Shown here in pieces: positions 52,069-62,873 of a stretch of 64,000 bases of DNA. Made by a program: the position numbers and the translations under genes. The stretch's first letter is position 1. The number at the start of each line of letters is the position of its first letter. The notes beneath the pieces are model-generated. The model was not told where the DNA came from. It worked only from the letters and a program-made list of their open reading frames with translations, and made no database searches. The stretch comes from a phage. The DNA lies in sequence record PZ445488.1, one strand, 5' to 3'.

Positions 52069-52076
52069 ATAAATAA
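52069..52076 (+). promoter_or_regulatory. T4-type late promoter TATAAATA upstream of gene 34
   Basis: exact TATAAATA about 30 nt upstream of the gene 34 ATG. Confidence 0.6.
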
Positions 52077-52105
52077 GTATTATTGAAACAATAAAGGAAA
52101 AACGA

Positions 52106-55100
52106 ATGGCCGACATCAAACGTAAGTTCAGAGCCGAAGACGGTCTGGACGCCGGTGGCGACAAGATTGTTAACGTAGCATTAGCCGACCGTACAGTAGG
52201 TACTGATGGCGTAAACGTTGACTTCCTGGTACAAGAAAACACCGTTCAAGTATATGATTCTACGCGTGGATACAACAAAGGATTTGTTGTTCTTTATGAC
52301 AACCGTTTATATCAAGCAATAAATGATATCGTGTCTCCTTCCGGGGCATTTAACCTTTTACAATGGCGTGCAGTTCGTACCGATGCACAATGGATAACTG
52401 TCGCTTCTGGGACTTATCAACTTTCTTCAGGTGAATCGATTTCGGTTAACACTGGTGCCGGCAATGATATGGTTTTTACATTGCCAAATACTCCAGTTGA
52501 TGGTGATACTGTTGTTTTGGCTGATATTGGTGGACGAACCGGGACAGTTAAAGTACAGATTAACGCGTCTGTACAGAGTATTTTAAACTTTAGAGGTGAA
52601 CAAGTTCGTACGGTTTTAATGACGCGCCCACGTTCACAACTATTGTTTGTGTTTAGTAATCGTTTGTGGCAGATGTATATTACCGATTATGGTAAAGAAT
52701 CAATCACTGTTACACCTGCGACACCATATCAAGCACAAGCAAATGATTTTATCGTTCGTCGTTTTACTAGTGCAGCACCAATCAACATTACACTTCCACG
52801 TAATGCTAACAACGGTGATATAATCAGCCTAGTCGATTTAGATAGATTAAACCCACTGTATCATACATTTGTTAAAACATTTGATGATACAACGTCTATT
52901 GGTGAAGTCGGGACTCATATTGCCGAAGGCAGAAATGACTCTGACGCGTTTTTTGTTTTTGATGCTGCAAATAGTTTATGGCGTATATGGGAAGGCGACC
53001 AGAAATCGCGTCTTCGTATTATCCGTGCGGATTCAAATATTCGTCCAAATGAAGAAGTTCTTATTTTTGGCACAAATAACGCTACAACCGGAACTATTAA
53101 TCTTACGCTGCCTACCGGAATTTTGAGTGGTGACACTGTTAAAATTTCAATGAACTACATGCGTAAAGGTCAAACAGTAAAAATTAAAGCTGCCGAAGGT
53201 GATACAATTGCTTCCACTGTTGCATTGCTTCAGTTCCCTAAACGTTCTGAATATCCACCTGATGCTCAATGGGTCTCTGTTACTGAACTAGAATTCAATG
53301 GCACTACTTCATATGTTCCTGTATTAGAATTAGCGTATATCGAAGACACCGTTGCTGGTACACGTTATTGGGTTGTGCAACAGAATGTCCCTACAGTAGA
53401 ACGTGTTGATGCTGGAACTGATGCTACACGAGCTCGTTTAGGTGTTATTGCTCTTGCTACTCAAGCGCAAGCAAATGTTGATTTAGAGAATACTCCAGCT
53501 AAAGAAGTGGCTATTACTCCTGAAACGTTGGCAAATCGTACAGCAACTGAAGCTCGACGTGGTATCGCTAAAATTGCTACAACAGCACAAGTTAACCAGA
53601 ATTCCACAGCAACATTTGTGGATGATACTATTGTTACGCCTAAAAAACTAAATGAGCGTACAGCAACTGAAACTCGTCGTGGTCTTGCTGAAATTGCTAC
53701 TCAGGCTGAAACAGATGCTGGTCTTGACGACACAACGATTATTACACCTAAGAAATTACAGGCACGTCAGGGTTCCGAAACACTATCTGGTATAGTTAAA
53801 TATGTATCAACTACTTCTGCTACTCCTGCTGAAACTCGTGGGACCGCAGGCACTAACGTTTATAATAAAACCGTAAATAATTTAACTATTTCTCCTAAAG
53901 CCCTTGACCAATATAAAGCAACTTATGCTCAACAAGGTGCGGTAATTTTAGCTATTGATAGTGAAGTAATTGCCGGACAATCTCAGTCTGGATACTCTCA
54001 CGCTGTAGTAACTCCTGAAACACTACATAAGAAAACTTCTACTGATGGACGTATTGGTTTAATTGAAATTGCTACGCAAGCAGAAACTAACACTGGAACT
54101 GATTATACTAGAGCAGTAACGCCTAAGACGTTAAATGATAGGAAAGCTACGGAAGGATTATCCGGCATAGCCGAAATTGCTACGCAAGTTGAATTTGATA
54201 CTGGAACTGATGATACTCGTATCTCGTCTCCACTGAAAATTAAAACTCATTTTAATTCTTCTGACCGTACCAGTGTTAATTCTGATTCCGGACTTATTGA
54301 AGAAGGAACCTTGTGGAACCATTATACTCTTGATATTTCTAAAGCAAATGAAACACAACGCGGTACGCTTCGCGTAGCGACCCAAGCAGAATCTAATGCA
54401 GGAACTTTAGATGATGTTCTTATTACTCCTAAAAAGCTTTTAGGAACTAAGTCCACTGAAACGTCTGAAGGCGTGATTAAGGTTGCTACTCAGGCTGAAA
54501 CTGTAACAGGAACTTCTGCTAATACTGCTGTATCTCCTAAGAATTTAAAATGGATTGTCCAGAATGAACCAACATGGGCTGCTACTACTGCAATAAGAGG
54601 TTTTGTTAAAACTTCATCTGGTTCAATTACATTCGTTGGTAATGATACAGTTGGTTCAACACAACCTTTAGAATCATATGAAAAAAATAGCTATGCTATA
54701 TCTCCATATGAATTAAACCGTGTACTTGCTAACTATTTGCCATTGAAAGCTAAAGCCGTAGATAGTAATCTGTTAGATGGTCTAGATTCTCTTCAGTTCA
54801 TCCGTAGAGACATCGACCAGACGGTTAATGGTTCTTTAAGTCTTACTAAACAGACCAACCTGAGTGCTCCTTTAGTATCTACAAGCACTGCTTCTTTTGG
54901 GTCCGAAGCATCTGTTACTCGTAGATTAACTCTTAATGACTCTAGCGGTTCCGAAATAGTTTTCACTAAAGGAACCCAATCTCTTAGTAATAAAGAGAAT
55001 TTCGTTGTTAGAGCATGGGGTAATAGCTCTACAGATGGTGCCCGTGATACAGTATTTGAAGCTGGTGACGAAACCGGATACCATTTCTATTCTCAGCGCG

Positions 55101-55939
55101 CTTCTGATAATAAAGTATCATTTAATATTAATGGAACACTTTATTCAACAGGTATTGTTTCTACAAATGGATTAAATGTTACAGGTGTTTCTACCTTTAC
55201 CGGGCCTATTAGTGCTACAGGTGAAATTGTTTCTAGTTCTCCTATTGCATTCAGAGCTATTAACGGTAACTATGGTGTTATGCTTTATAATGCTGGTGAC
55301 AATTCTTATATTGCATTAACTAACTCAGGTGACCAGACTGGGACGTTTAATAACTTACGCCCGATCACGATTAACAATGCCACAGGACTGGTTCGTCTTG
55401 ACAACGGTGTTCAAATCACAAGTGGTGCAACAATAACTACCGGCGGGTTAACTGTAAATAACAGGATTATTTCTAACGGCGTTAAAACTGCCACGGTTTA
55501 TACCGATAAACCAACAGCTTCTACTGTAGGTTTTTGGTCTATTGACATTAACGATTCTGCCGTATATAGCCAATTCCCTGGATACTGGACGCGTGATAAC
55601 AAAGGTAACCGTGACCAAGAAATTAAATATCCTGGTACTTTGACTCAATTCGGCAATAGCTTAGATTCGCTTTATCAGGATTGGATTTGTTATCCTACAG
55701 GTGCAAATGGTGGTAGTATTCGTTATACTCGTACCTGGCAGAAAAATAAAGATGCTTGGACTTCATTTGCAATGGTATTTGATAGTGGCAACCCACCTTC
55801 ACCTAGCGATGTCGGTGCTATCCCGTCTGATAATGCTGTTATTGGAAACCTTACTATTCGAGACTTCTTACAATTAGGAAATGTGAGAATTGTTCCAGAC
55901 CCGGTTAACAAAACAGTTAAATTTATATGGGTTGAATAA
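52106..55939 (+). CDS. 34: long tail fiber proximal subunit gp34
   Basis: 1277-aa ORF; T4 gp34 size (1289 aa) and position; repeated beta-structure motifs. Confidence 0.93.
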   Translation: MADIKRKFRAEDGLDAGGDKIVNVALADRTVGTDGVNVDFLVQENTVQVYDSTRGYNKGFVVLYDNRLYQAINDIVSPSGAFNLLQWRAVRTDAQWITVASGTYQLSSGESISVNTGAGNDMVFTLPNTPVDGDTVVLADIGGRTGTVKVQINASVQSILNFRGEQVRTVLMTRPRSQLLFVFSNRLWQMYITDYGKESITVTPATPYQAQANDFIVRRFTSAAPINITLPRNANNGDIISLVDLDRLNPLYHTFVKTFDDTTSIGEVGTHIAEGRNDSDAFFVFDAANSLWRIWEGDQKSRLRIIRADSNIRPNEEVLIFGTNNATTGTINLTLPTGILSGDTVKISMNYMRKGQTVKIKAAEGDTIASTVALLQFPKRSEYPPDAQWVSVTELEFNGTTSYVPVLELAYIEDTVAGTRYWVVQQNVPTVERVDAGTDATRARLGVIALATQAQANVDLENTPAKEVAITPETLANRTATEARRGIAKIATTAQVNQNSTATFVDDTIVTPKKLNERTATETRRGLAEIATQAETDAGLDDTTIITPKKLQARQGSETLSGIVKYVSTTSATPAETRGTAGTNVYNKTVNNLTISPKALDQYKATYAQQGAVILAIDSEVIAGQSQSGYSHAVVTPETLHKKTSTDGRIGLIEIATQAETNTGTDYTRAVTPKTLNDRKATEGLSGIAEIATQVEFDTGTDDTRISSPLKIKTHFNSSDRTSVNSDSGLIEEGTLWNHYTLDISKANETQRGTLRVATQAESNAGTLDDVLITPKKLLGTKSTETSEGVIKVATQAETVTGTSANTAVSPKNLKWIVQNEPTWAATTAIRGFVKTSSGSITFVGNDTVGSTQPLESYEKNSYAISPYELNRVLANYLPLKAKAVDSNLLDGLDSLQFIRRDIDQTVNGSLSLTKQTNLSAPLVSTSTASFGSEASVTRRLTLNDSSGSEIVFTKGTQSLSNKENFVVRAWGNSSTDGARDTVFEAGDETGYHFYSQRASDNKVSFNINGTLYSTGIVSTNGLNVTGVSTFTGPISATGEIVSSSPIAFRAINGNYGVMLYNAGDNSYIALTNSGDQTGTFNNLRPITINNATGLVRLDNGVQITSGATITTGGLTVNNRIISNGVKTATVYTDKPTASTVGFWSIDINDSAVYSQFPGYWTRDNKGNRDQEIKYPGTLTQFGNSLDSLYQDWICYPTGANGGSIRYTRTWQKNKDAWTSFAMVFDSGNPPSPSDVGAIPSDNAVIGNLTIRDFLQLGNVRIVPDPVNKTVKFIWVE

Positions 55940-55947
55940 GAGGTTAT

Positions 55948-57072
55948 ATGGAAAAATTTATGGCAAGGTTTGGACAGGGATACGTCCAAACGCCGTTTTT
56001 ATCGGAAAGCAATTCAGTTAGATTTAAACTAAGTATAGCGGGTTCATGCCCGCTTTCAACAACTAATCCGTATATTTTGTTCCAAAACGAGCCTTTAGGG
56101 TTGCAGTCTTTTGGTATTGGACTAAATGTTAGGGTAATAAATCCGGAAAATGGAACTATAGTTGATAGTAAATTATACAATTTTGCGCCTACAAATAATG
56201 CAACTTCGGCCGCGTTTATTTCGTTTGTTAATACATACGCAGATAATTTCATTTTCGCATTTATTTCTAATAACAAATTTAATTTGCCGCCAGAAATAAT
56301 TGGATGGTTTAAAGCTGCTGGGAGTTCAGTTATACCGTCAATTGAAGTTGCTAGTCTTGTTGATATTTCATATTCAGCGTTTTATGTTTCAGGTAAAAAT
56401 ACTATTGCATTAGAACACATAAAATACAGTAATAAGAAAACAATTTCTGATTACGCAACTCCATTAGATATTGTATATGACTCTATTGCTGATATAGGTG
56501 CTACCGGCTATCCTAGACGTACATATGAAGCTCTAGAAACGTTTTTATCTCCTGTTGGAGGAACTAACAATGAAATAAAAAGGGTGCCTACATCATCTCT
56601 TGTTACTCCTATCGCAAACTATGGATTAAAGCCTACAGATTTTCTTTATTTGAAATTTCAATTAATGGCTGATGAAGCATTACTAGAGGAAGGAACCACA
56701 AGACTTTCAATTCGTTTCTTTAAGACTCCATCTAGCTCTCCTATATTGTCTAAAGATATAAACTTTGATGGAACTGCTGGTGAATGGAAGTTATACGAAG
56801 AATACGTTGAAATACCAGCTGAAGCCGATGGCTTTACAGTATATTGTTACCGTACGGCCCCAGTCGGTCAAGGTGGACTAAGAAATGTTATTTTCACTGA
56901 AGTATCATGTAACGGAAGTATAGCAAAACCTGCCGAGTTTGGCCTAAACGGTATTCGTGCTAATTACATCGATGAATCATTAATCGGTAATGATATAATG
57001 GACTTGCCTACTCAGTTATCTAACGACACAGGTAAGGTATTTGGGCAGGAATTTAAAGAGTACACAGAATAA
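55948..57072 (+). CDS. 35: long tail fiber hinge protein gp35
   Basis: 374-aa ORF; matches T4 gp35 as recalled. Confidence 0.9.
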   Translation: MEKFMARFGQGYVQTPFLSESNSVRFKLSIAGSCPLSTTNPYILFQNEPLGLQSFGIGLNVRVINPENGTIVDSKLYNFAPTNNATSAAFISFVNTYADNFIFAFISNNKFNLPPEIIGWFKAAGSSVIPSIEVASLVDISYSAFYVSGKNTIALEHIKYSNKKTISDYATPLDIVYDSIADIGATGYPRRTYEALETFLSPVGGTNNEIKRVPTSSLVTPIANYGLKPTDFLYLKFQLMADEALLEEGTTRLSIRFFKTPSSSPILSKDINFDGTAGEWKLYEEYVEIPAEADGFTVYCYRTAPVGQGGLRNVIFTEVSCNGSIAKPAEFGLNGIRANYIDESLIGNDIMDLPTQLSNDTGKVFGQEFKEYTE

Positions 57073-57090
57073 AGGAGACTTCGGTCTCCT
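57073..57090 (+). terminator. hairpin GGAGAC-TTCG-GTCTCC followed by TTTTCG
   Basis: member of the recurrent GAGAC/GTCTC stem family, directly after the gene 35 stop. Confidence 0.55.
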
Positions 57091-57097
57091 TTTCGCG

Positions 57098-57105
57098 TAT
57101 AAATA
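57098..57105 (+). promoter_or_regulatory. T4-type late promoter TATAAATA upstream of gene 36
   Basis: exact TATAAATA about 27 nt upstream of the gene 36 ATG. Confidence 0.6.
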
Positions 57106-57131
57106 CTTTAATATTAATAAGGAGACACGAA

Positions 57132-57788
57132 ATGGCCGATTTAAAAGCCGGAAGTACAGTTGGTGGTTCCGTCATATGGCATCAAGGCAATTTTCCTTTA
57201 ATGCCAGCTGGCGATGACATCCTATATAAAACATTTAAATTATACACCGAATATAACAAGCCAAAAGCGGCTGATAACGATTTCGTATCTAAAGCAAATG
57301 GTGGGACATATCTCAAAAAGGTAATCTTTAACGAAGGTGTTGCAGTCAAAACAGCAGATGACCAAACGAATGGTATTTTTTCTGGTGGTGGTGACGCCGC
57401 GACATTCGACCAAACAAACATGGATATTGTTTCGTGGTATGGTATTGGGTTTAAATCATCTCAAGGTACAGGTGAAAGAACTGTTGTAATTGATACTCGC
57501 ACCGGTAATATAAGTTCTAAAGGCGTTATTGAAGCATCTCAATTCAGAGCCACAACGTTAGCACCTTTAAATAATTACGACCTTACTCGCAAAGATTATG
57601 TTGATAGTCAAATAAATACAGTTAATGCTAATGCAAACAGTCGTGTACTCCGTTCAGGAGATACGATGACCGGCGCGCTAACAGCCCCAAACTTTTTCTC
57701 ACAGAATCCTGCATCTCAACCATCGCATGTTCCACGATTTGACCAAATTGTTATTAAGGATTCTGTTCAAGATTTCGGCTATTATTAA
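57132..57788 (+). CDS. 36: long tail fiber distal connector gp36
   Basis: 218-aa ORF; T4 gp36 size (221 aa) and position. Confidence 0.9.
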   Translation: MADLKAGSTVGGSVIWHQGNFPLMPAGDDILYKTFKLYTEYNKPKAADNDFVSKANGGTYLKKVIFNEGVAVKTADDQTNGIFSGGGDAATFDQTNMDIVSWYGIGFKSSQGTGERTVVIDTRTGNISSKGVIEASQFRATTLAPLNNYDLTRKDYVDSQINTVNANANSRVLRSGDTMTGALTAPNFFSQNPASQPSHVPRFDQIVIKDSVQDFGYY

Positions 57789-57796
57789 GAGGACTT

Positions 57797-60700
57797 ATGG
57801 CTACTTTAAAACAAATACAATTTAAAAGAAGCAAAACTGCAGGAGCACGTCCTGCCGCTTCAGTATTAGCCGAAGGTGAATTGGCTATAAACTTAAAAGA
57901 CCGTGTACTTTTTACTAAAGATGACCAAGGAAATATTATTGATCTGGGTTTTGCTAAAGGTGGTAGTATTGACGGGAATGTTATTCATATAGGAAACTAT
58001 AATCAAACTGGTGATTATACTTTAAATGGCGTCTTCACTCAGACTGGTAATTTTAATTTAACTGGTATTGCTCGAGTAACTCGCGATATTATTGCCGCTG
58101 GGCCGATTATGACTGAAGGCGGAGAACTTATTACAAAAAGTTCAGGTACATCACATGTTCGTTTTCATGATTCAGCTGACCGTGAACGTGGAATCATTTT
58201 TTCTCCTGCTAATGATGGATTAACTACACAAGTAATTAATATTAGAGTTCAAGACTACGCAGCTGGTAGCGAAAGCACCTATGCATTTTCAGGCAGTGGA
58301 CAATTTATTTCACCTGAAGTATCGGCATGGAAATCTATGTCAACTCCTCAGATTTTGACTGACAAAGTCATTACAGACGGGAAGAAGGCAGGTGATTATG
58401 ACATCTATTCATTAGCAAATAATAATTCTAATACAGATAAAAATAATTTACGTGTTGTACGTACCGACCCAGCGGCCGCAATGCTCCATGAAATTTGTGA
58501 AAACAACGGCATCAGTTGGTATTCTGGTTCAACCCCTACTGATTATATGTTATCTTTTGCTTATTCCGGCGGTTTTCAAGCAGGCCATTCGATTGCAGTA
58601 GGTATGGAATCAGGGCCTATGACATATTCAACCTTAGGTAAAGGTTCTATTGTTCTTGGGGATAATGATACTGGATTTAAATGGCATCAAGACGGATATT
58701 ATTTCAGCGTTAATAATGGAACAAAAACGTTTTTATTTAATCCTAGCGAAACAACTAGCCTAAGAAAATTTGTAGCTGGATATTCTACTAATGGAACCGA
58801 TTTAACTACTCCTCCAACTGAAAACTATGCTCTTGCTACTGTTGTGACATATCACGATAATAACGCGTTTGGAGATGGTCAGACTCTTTTGGGATATTAT
58901 CAAGGCGGTAACTATCATCACTATTTCCGTGGTAAGGGTACCACAAACATTAATACTCATGGCGGTTTGTTGGTTACTCCTGGTAATATTGATGTTATTG
59001 GCGGTTCTGTTAATATAGATGGTAGAAATAATTCTTCTACACTAATGTTTAGAGGCAACACAACAGGATACAGCTCGGTTGATAATATGGATATTAAAGT
59101 TTGGGGTAATACGTTTGTTGATCCAAGCGGAGGTATCCGTAAAAACATTATGGAAATTTCTGATGCAACTAGCTGGATGAGCTATATTCAAAGACTTACT
59201 ACTGGCGAAGTAGAAATGAACGTTAATGGTTCATTTGAATCATCTGGTGTTACTGCTGGAGATAGAGGAGTTCACACAACAGGTGAAATTTCATCTGGAG
59301 CAGTGAATGCTCTTCGTATTTGGAACGCAGATTATGGAGCCATTTTTAGACGTTCAGAAGGAAGTCTTCATATTATTCCAACTGCTTATGGCGAAGGCAA
59401 AGATGGCGATATTGGTCCACTTCGCCCATTTAGTATGGCTTTAGATACTGGTAAAGTTACTATTCCAGATTTACAATCAAGTTACAATACGTTCGCTGCT
59501 AACGGTTATATTAAATTTGTTGGTCATGGAGCGGGTGCCGGCGGTTATGACATTCAATATGCTCAAGCGGCTCCTATTTTCCAGGAAATTGATGATGATG
59601 CTGTAAGCAAATATTATCCTATTGTTAAACAGAAGTTTTTAAACGGTAAATCTGTTTGGTCTTTAGGTACCGAAATTGAATCAGGTACATTCGTTATTCA
59701 TCATCTGAAAGAAGATGGTTCACAAGGCCATACATCAAGATTTAATATGGATGGTACAGTTAATTTCCCTGATAATGTTCTGGTCGGTGGTGGTGAAGCT
59801 GCTATTGCTCGTAATGGTAATATTTTCTCGGATATTTGGAAAACGTTTACTTCTGCAGGCGACGTAACTAATATTCGCGATGCAATAGCTACTCGTGTTG
59901 CCAAAGAAGGTGACACGATGACAGGTCGTTTAACTCTTAAAACCAACGCAGATGCTGTTGTTATTGATTATCCGGCAGATGAAGCGGGTTATGTTAAGGG
60001 TAAAAAAGGTGGTGCTGATAACTGGTATGTCGGTAACGGTGGTGCTGATGATGGTTTAGCCTTCTGGAGCTTCCAATCCAAAGGCGGTATTAATATTAAC
60101 CCTAATGGCGAGGTTATTCTATCTCCACAGGGCACTAGTATATTCAATATAAACCGCGACCGTATTCATATGAATGGTTCCAACTGGATTGCACATAAAT
60201 CTGGTAAGTGGGGCGACCAATGGGGCTTAGAAGCACCTTATTTCCTTGATTTTGGTAACGTTGGCGAAGACAGTTATTATCCTATCATTAAAGGCCGATC
60301 TTTAATTAGTGGTCAGGGTTATACTACTTCTGTTGAATTAGGCCTGCGTCGTACTCCACAAACATGGGGACAAGCGATAATTCGAGTTGGTAATGCCGAA
60401 GGCGCTGACGGTCCTGTAGGTATTTTCGAATTCCACTCTGACGGTAGATTTTACTCCCCGACTTTAGTCCAGACTCCTGCAATTGGTGTTGGTACTGATA
60501 ATGGACTTGGTGCTCCAAGTATTGCAATCGGTGATAATGACACGGGCTTATCACATGGTGGTGACGGTCGAGTTAATATGGTTGCTAACGGGATTCATAT
60601 TGCATCTTGGTCTAACTCTTACCATACTCATGAAGGTCTTTGGGGTACCAATGGTGCTTTGTGGACTGAAACAGGAAGAGCTATTATTTCTTTTGGCCAT

Positions 60701-61090
60701 TTAGTCCAACAAAGCGACGCCTATTCTACATATGTTCGAGACGTTTATGTTCGTTCTGATATTCGTGTTAAAAAAGACCTTGTTAAATTTGAAAATGCTT
60801 CCGAGAAGCTTTCTAAAATTAACGGTTACACTTATATGCAGAAACGTGGAACTGACGAAGAAGGTAACCAGAAATGGGAACCTAACGCCGGTTTGATAGC
60901 TCAAGAAGTTCAAGCTATTTTACCAGAATTAGTTGAAGGCGACCCTGATGGTGAAGCTTTACTTCGTTTGAACTATAACGGCGTAATTGGTTTAAATACA
61001 GCTGCAATCAATGAGCATACTGCAGAAATTGCAGAACTTAAGTCAGAGATTGAAGAGCTTAAAAATTTAGTTAAATCATTGTTAAAATAA
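57797..61090 (+). CDS. 37: long tail fiber distal subunit gp37 with C-terminal intramolecular chaperone-like domain
   Basis: 1097-aa ORF with T4 gp37-like N-terminus (MATLKQIQFKRSKTAGARPAAS...); the last about 120 aa (...NGYTYMQKRGTDEEGNQKWEPNAGLIAQEVQAILPELVEG...NYNGVIGLNTAAINEHTAEIAELK) resemble autoproteolytic tail fiber chaperone domains. Confidence 0.92.
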   Translation: MATLKQIQFKRSKTAGARPAASVLAEGELAINLKDRVLFTKDDQGNIIDLGFAKGGSIDGNVIHIGNYNQTGDYTLNGVFTQTGNFNLTGIARVTRDIIAAGPIMTEGGELITKSSGTSHVRFHDSADRERGIIFSPANDGLTTQVINIRVQDYAAGSESTYAFSGSGQFISPEVSAWKSMSTPQILTDKVITDGKKAGDYDIYSLANNNSNTDKNNLRVVRTDPAAAMLHEICENNGISWYSGSTPTDYMLSFAYSGGFQAGHSIAVGMESGPMTYSTLGKGSIVLGDNDTGFKWHQDGYYFSVNNGTKTFLFNPSETTSLRKFVAGYSTNGTDLTTPPTENYALATVVTYHDNNAFGDGQTLLGYYQGGNYHHYFRGKGTTNINTHGGLLVTPGNIDVIGGSVNIDGRNNSSTLMFRGNTTGYSSVDNMDIKVWGNTFVDPSGGIRKNIMEISDATSWMSYIQRLTTGEVEMNVNGSFESSGVTAGDRGVHTTGEISSGAVNALRIWNADYGAIFRRSEGSLHIIPTAYGEGKDGDIGPLRPFSMALDTGKVTIPDLQSSYNTFAANGYIKFVGHGAGAGGYDIQYAQAAPIFQEIDDDAVSKYYPIVKQKFLNGKSVWSLGTEIESGTFVIHHLKEDGSQGHTSRFNMDGTVNFPDNVLVGGGEAAIARNGNIFSDIWKTFTSAGDVTNIRDAIATRVAKEGDTMTGRLTLKTNADAVVIDYPADEAGYVKGKKGGADNWYVGNGGADDGLAFWSFQSKGGININPNGEVILSPQGTSIFNINRDRIHMNGSNWIAHKSGKWGDQWGLEAPYFLDFGNVGEDSYYPIIKGRSLISGQGYTTSVELGLRRTPQTWGQAIIRVGNAEGADGPVGIFEFHSDGRFYSPTLVQTPAIGVGTDNGLGAPSIAIGDNDTGLSHGGDGRVNMVANGIHIASWSNSYHTHEGLWGTNGALWTETGRAIISFGHLVQQSDAYSTYVRDVYVRSDIRVKKDLVKFENASEKLSKINGYTYMQKRGTDEEGNQKWEPNAGLIAQEVQAILPELVEGDPDGEALLRLNYNGVIGLNTAAINEHTAEIAELKSEIEELKNLVKSLLK

Positions 61091-61094
61091 TAAG

Positions 61095-61110
61095 AGGGGC
61101 TGAAGCCCCT
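61095..61110 (+). terminator. hairpin AGGGGC-TGAA-GCCCCT after gene 37
   Basis: 6-bp GC stem with tetraloop 5 nt after the gene 37 stop; the SD for gene 38 follows, so it probably attenuates only. Confidence 0.4.
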
Positions 61111-61121
61111 TGGAGGTTTAT

Positions 61122-61895
61122 ATGGCAGTTGAAGGACCGTGGGTAGGATGGTCTGCGAGAGTACAAACTGGAGACCCTTGGATGGGTGGTGCCGCACAGA
61201 GATTGAGAATGGGAATTCCGTTTTGGATGAGTAATATGATAGGTCGATCTGTTGAAGTAATTCACACGCTTGGAGCAGACCATAACTTCAATGGCCAATG
61301 GTTCCGAGATAGATGTTTTGAGGCAGGTAGTGCACCTATAGTGTTTAATATCACTGGAAATTTAGTATCATATAGTAAAGATGTTCCATTATTCTTTATG
61401 TATGGCGATACGCCAAATGAATATGTTACTTTGAATATTCACGGTGGAGTTCATATGTGGGGACGAGGTGGTAACGGTACTGTAAACGGAAACCCAGGCA
61501 CAAATGGCGGCGATGTAATCCAAAATGATATCGGCGGAAGACTTCGTATTTGGAACTATGGCGTTATTGCATCAGGCGGCGGCGGTGGTGGTGCGGTGTC
61601 ATTACAGAATAGCTGGGCACCAAATGCTACAGCAGGTGGCGGTGGCGGCAGACCATTTGGCCTCGGCGGAGGCGGCGTTAATTGGCCTGGTGGTAATGCT
61701 AGTTATGACGCCCCGGGCGGCGCCGGTTACACTTCCCAATTCGGCGGTGGTAATGGCGGGGATGCTGGAGGTCGGGGCGGAGATGGATGGGGCAAACACT
61801 TATCTAGATCTGGGGGTGGTGCTCCTGGTAGAGCAGTATTCGGAAGTTCACCGACATGGGGTGCTACAGGCACAATTTACGGCTCCTGGATTTAA
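61122..61895 (+). CDS. 38: T2-type receptor-recognising adhesin gp38 (glycine-rich-motif tip protein)
   Basis: 257-aa product from the ATG after SD GGAGG; conserved N-terminus ([10 protein letters not shown]...[32 protein letters not shown]) as in T2/K3 gp38, then poly-Gly blocks (GGGGGG, GGGGG, GLGGGG, GGGNGG) separating variable segments. Confidence 0.85.
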   Translation: MAVEGPWVGWSARVQTGDPWMGGAAQRLRMGIPFWMSNMIGRSVEVIHTLGADHNFNGQWFRDRCFEAGSAPIVFNITGNLVSYSKDVPLFFMYGDTPNEYVTLNIHGGVHMWGRGGNGTVNGNPGTNGGDVIQNDIGGRLRIWNYGVIASGGGGGGAVSLQNSWAPNATAGGGGGRPFGLGGGGVNWPGGNASYDAPGGAGYTSQFGGGNGGDAGGRGGDGWGKHLSRSGGGAPGRAVFGSSPTWGATGTIYGSWI

Positions 61896-61913
61896 ACGAT
61901 AATACCTCTCAAT

Positions 61914-61921
61914 TATAAATA
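61914..61921 (+). promoter_or_regulatory. T4-type late promoter TATAAATA upstream of gene t
   Basis: exact TATAAATA about 20 nt upstream of the holin ATG. Confidence 0.6.
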
Positions 61922-61940
61922 TTGATAAATGGGAGGTAAT

Positions 61941-62600
61941 ATGGCAGCACCTAGAATATCATTTTCGCCTAGTGATATTTTATTTGGGTTGCTAGACCGC
62001 ATTTTCAAAGATAACGCCTCTGGAAATATTCTTATTTCCAGAGTTGCTGTTGTAGTTCTTTTGTTCCTAATGGCACTAATATGGTACAAAGGGAATATTT
62101 TTATGGATTATTACGTGAGGTCGAAATATGATACTTACACAGAAGTAATTCAAAAAGAAAGAAATACACGATTTGAATCTGCGGCTTTAGAACAACTACA
62201 AATAGTCCACGTCACATCAAGGGCGGATTTTAGTTCGGTGTATTCTTTCAGACCTAAAAATCTAAATTATTTCGTCGACCTTATTGCGTATGAAGGTAAG
62301 TTACCTAGCACAGTAACTGAAAAATCTATGGGAGGATTTCCTGTTGATAAAACGACAGCAGAATATTCGGTCCATTTAAGTGGACTTCACTTTACTTCTA
62401 AAACAGATTTTGCTTTCTTACCTACCAAATCAAAAACTCCGGAACTGGCGTATATGTATAGTTGTCCTTACTTCAATTTGGATAACATATATGCGGGAAC
62501 TGTTTCTATGTATTGGTATAAGGGATCGGATGTGCTAAATGAAGAACGCTTGGCTGCAATATGCAACCAAGCAGCAAGGATATTAGGGCGGGCTAAATAA
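61941..62600 (+). CDS. t: holin T
   Basis: 219-aa product from the second ATG (after SD GGGAGG); matches T4 holin T (218 aa) as recalled; single N-terminal TM segment and large periplasmic domain. Confidence 0.92.
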   Translation: MAAPRISFSPSDILFGLLDRIFKDNASGNILISRVAVVVLLFLMALIWYKGNIFMDYYVRSKYDTYTEVIQKERNTRFESAALEQLQIVHVTSRADFSSVYSFRPKNLNYFVDLIAYEGKLPSTVTEKSMGGFPVDKTTAEYSVHLSGLHFTSKTDFAFLPTKSKTPELAYMYSCPYFNLDNIYAGTVSMYWYKGSDVLNEERLAAICNQAARILGRAK

Positions 62601-62873
62601 TTAGTTGTTAGAATACATCGTCAAATGGCGATAAATATTTTCAAAACCTTCATTGAATTCACTAATCAGTGTTTTCTTTTCTTCGGCAGTTAAATTCGTA
62701 ATTAGTTTTCTGAACGAATTCTGATTTAGCTGCCGACCATCTTTTTTAATTCCAATCTCATTCAAGAATCCGATGAAATTTGCTCGGTCTTCAACAATAT
62801 CTTCCCTCGAGAATTTAATCAAAATAGAAGCAACCGTAATAATTTCACGTACAATTTCAATATCTTTATTCAT
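62601..62873 (-). CDS. asiA: anti-sigma70 protein AsiA
   Basis: 90-aa ORF; matches T4 AsiA (90 aa) as recalled. Confidence 0.92.
   Translation of the reverse strand: MNKDIEIVREIITVASILIKFSREDIVEDRANFIGFLNEIGIKKDGRQLNQNSFRKLITNLTAEEKKTLISEFNEGFENIYRHLTMYSNN

Noticed and set aside
61560-61800. Glycine codon repeats (GGCGGCGGCGGTGGTGG...) considered as a simple-sequence repeat or CRISPR-like array
   Set aside because: They lie in frame within gene 38 and encode the poly-Gly motifs of the adhesin; no repeat-spacer periodicity.
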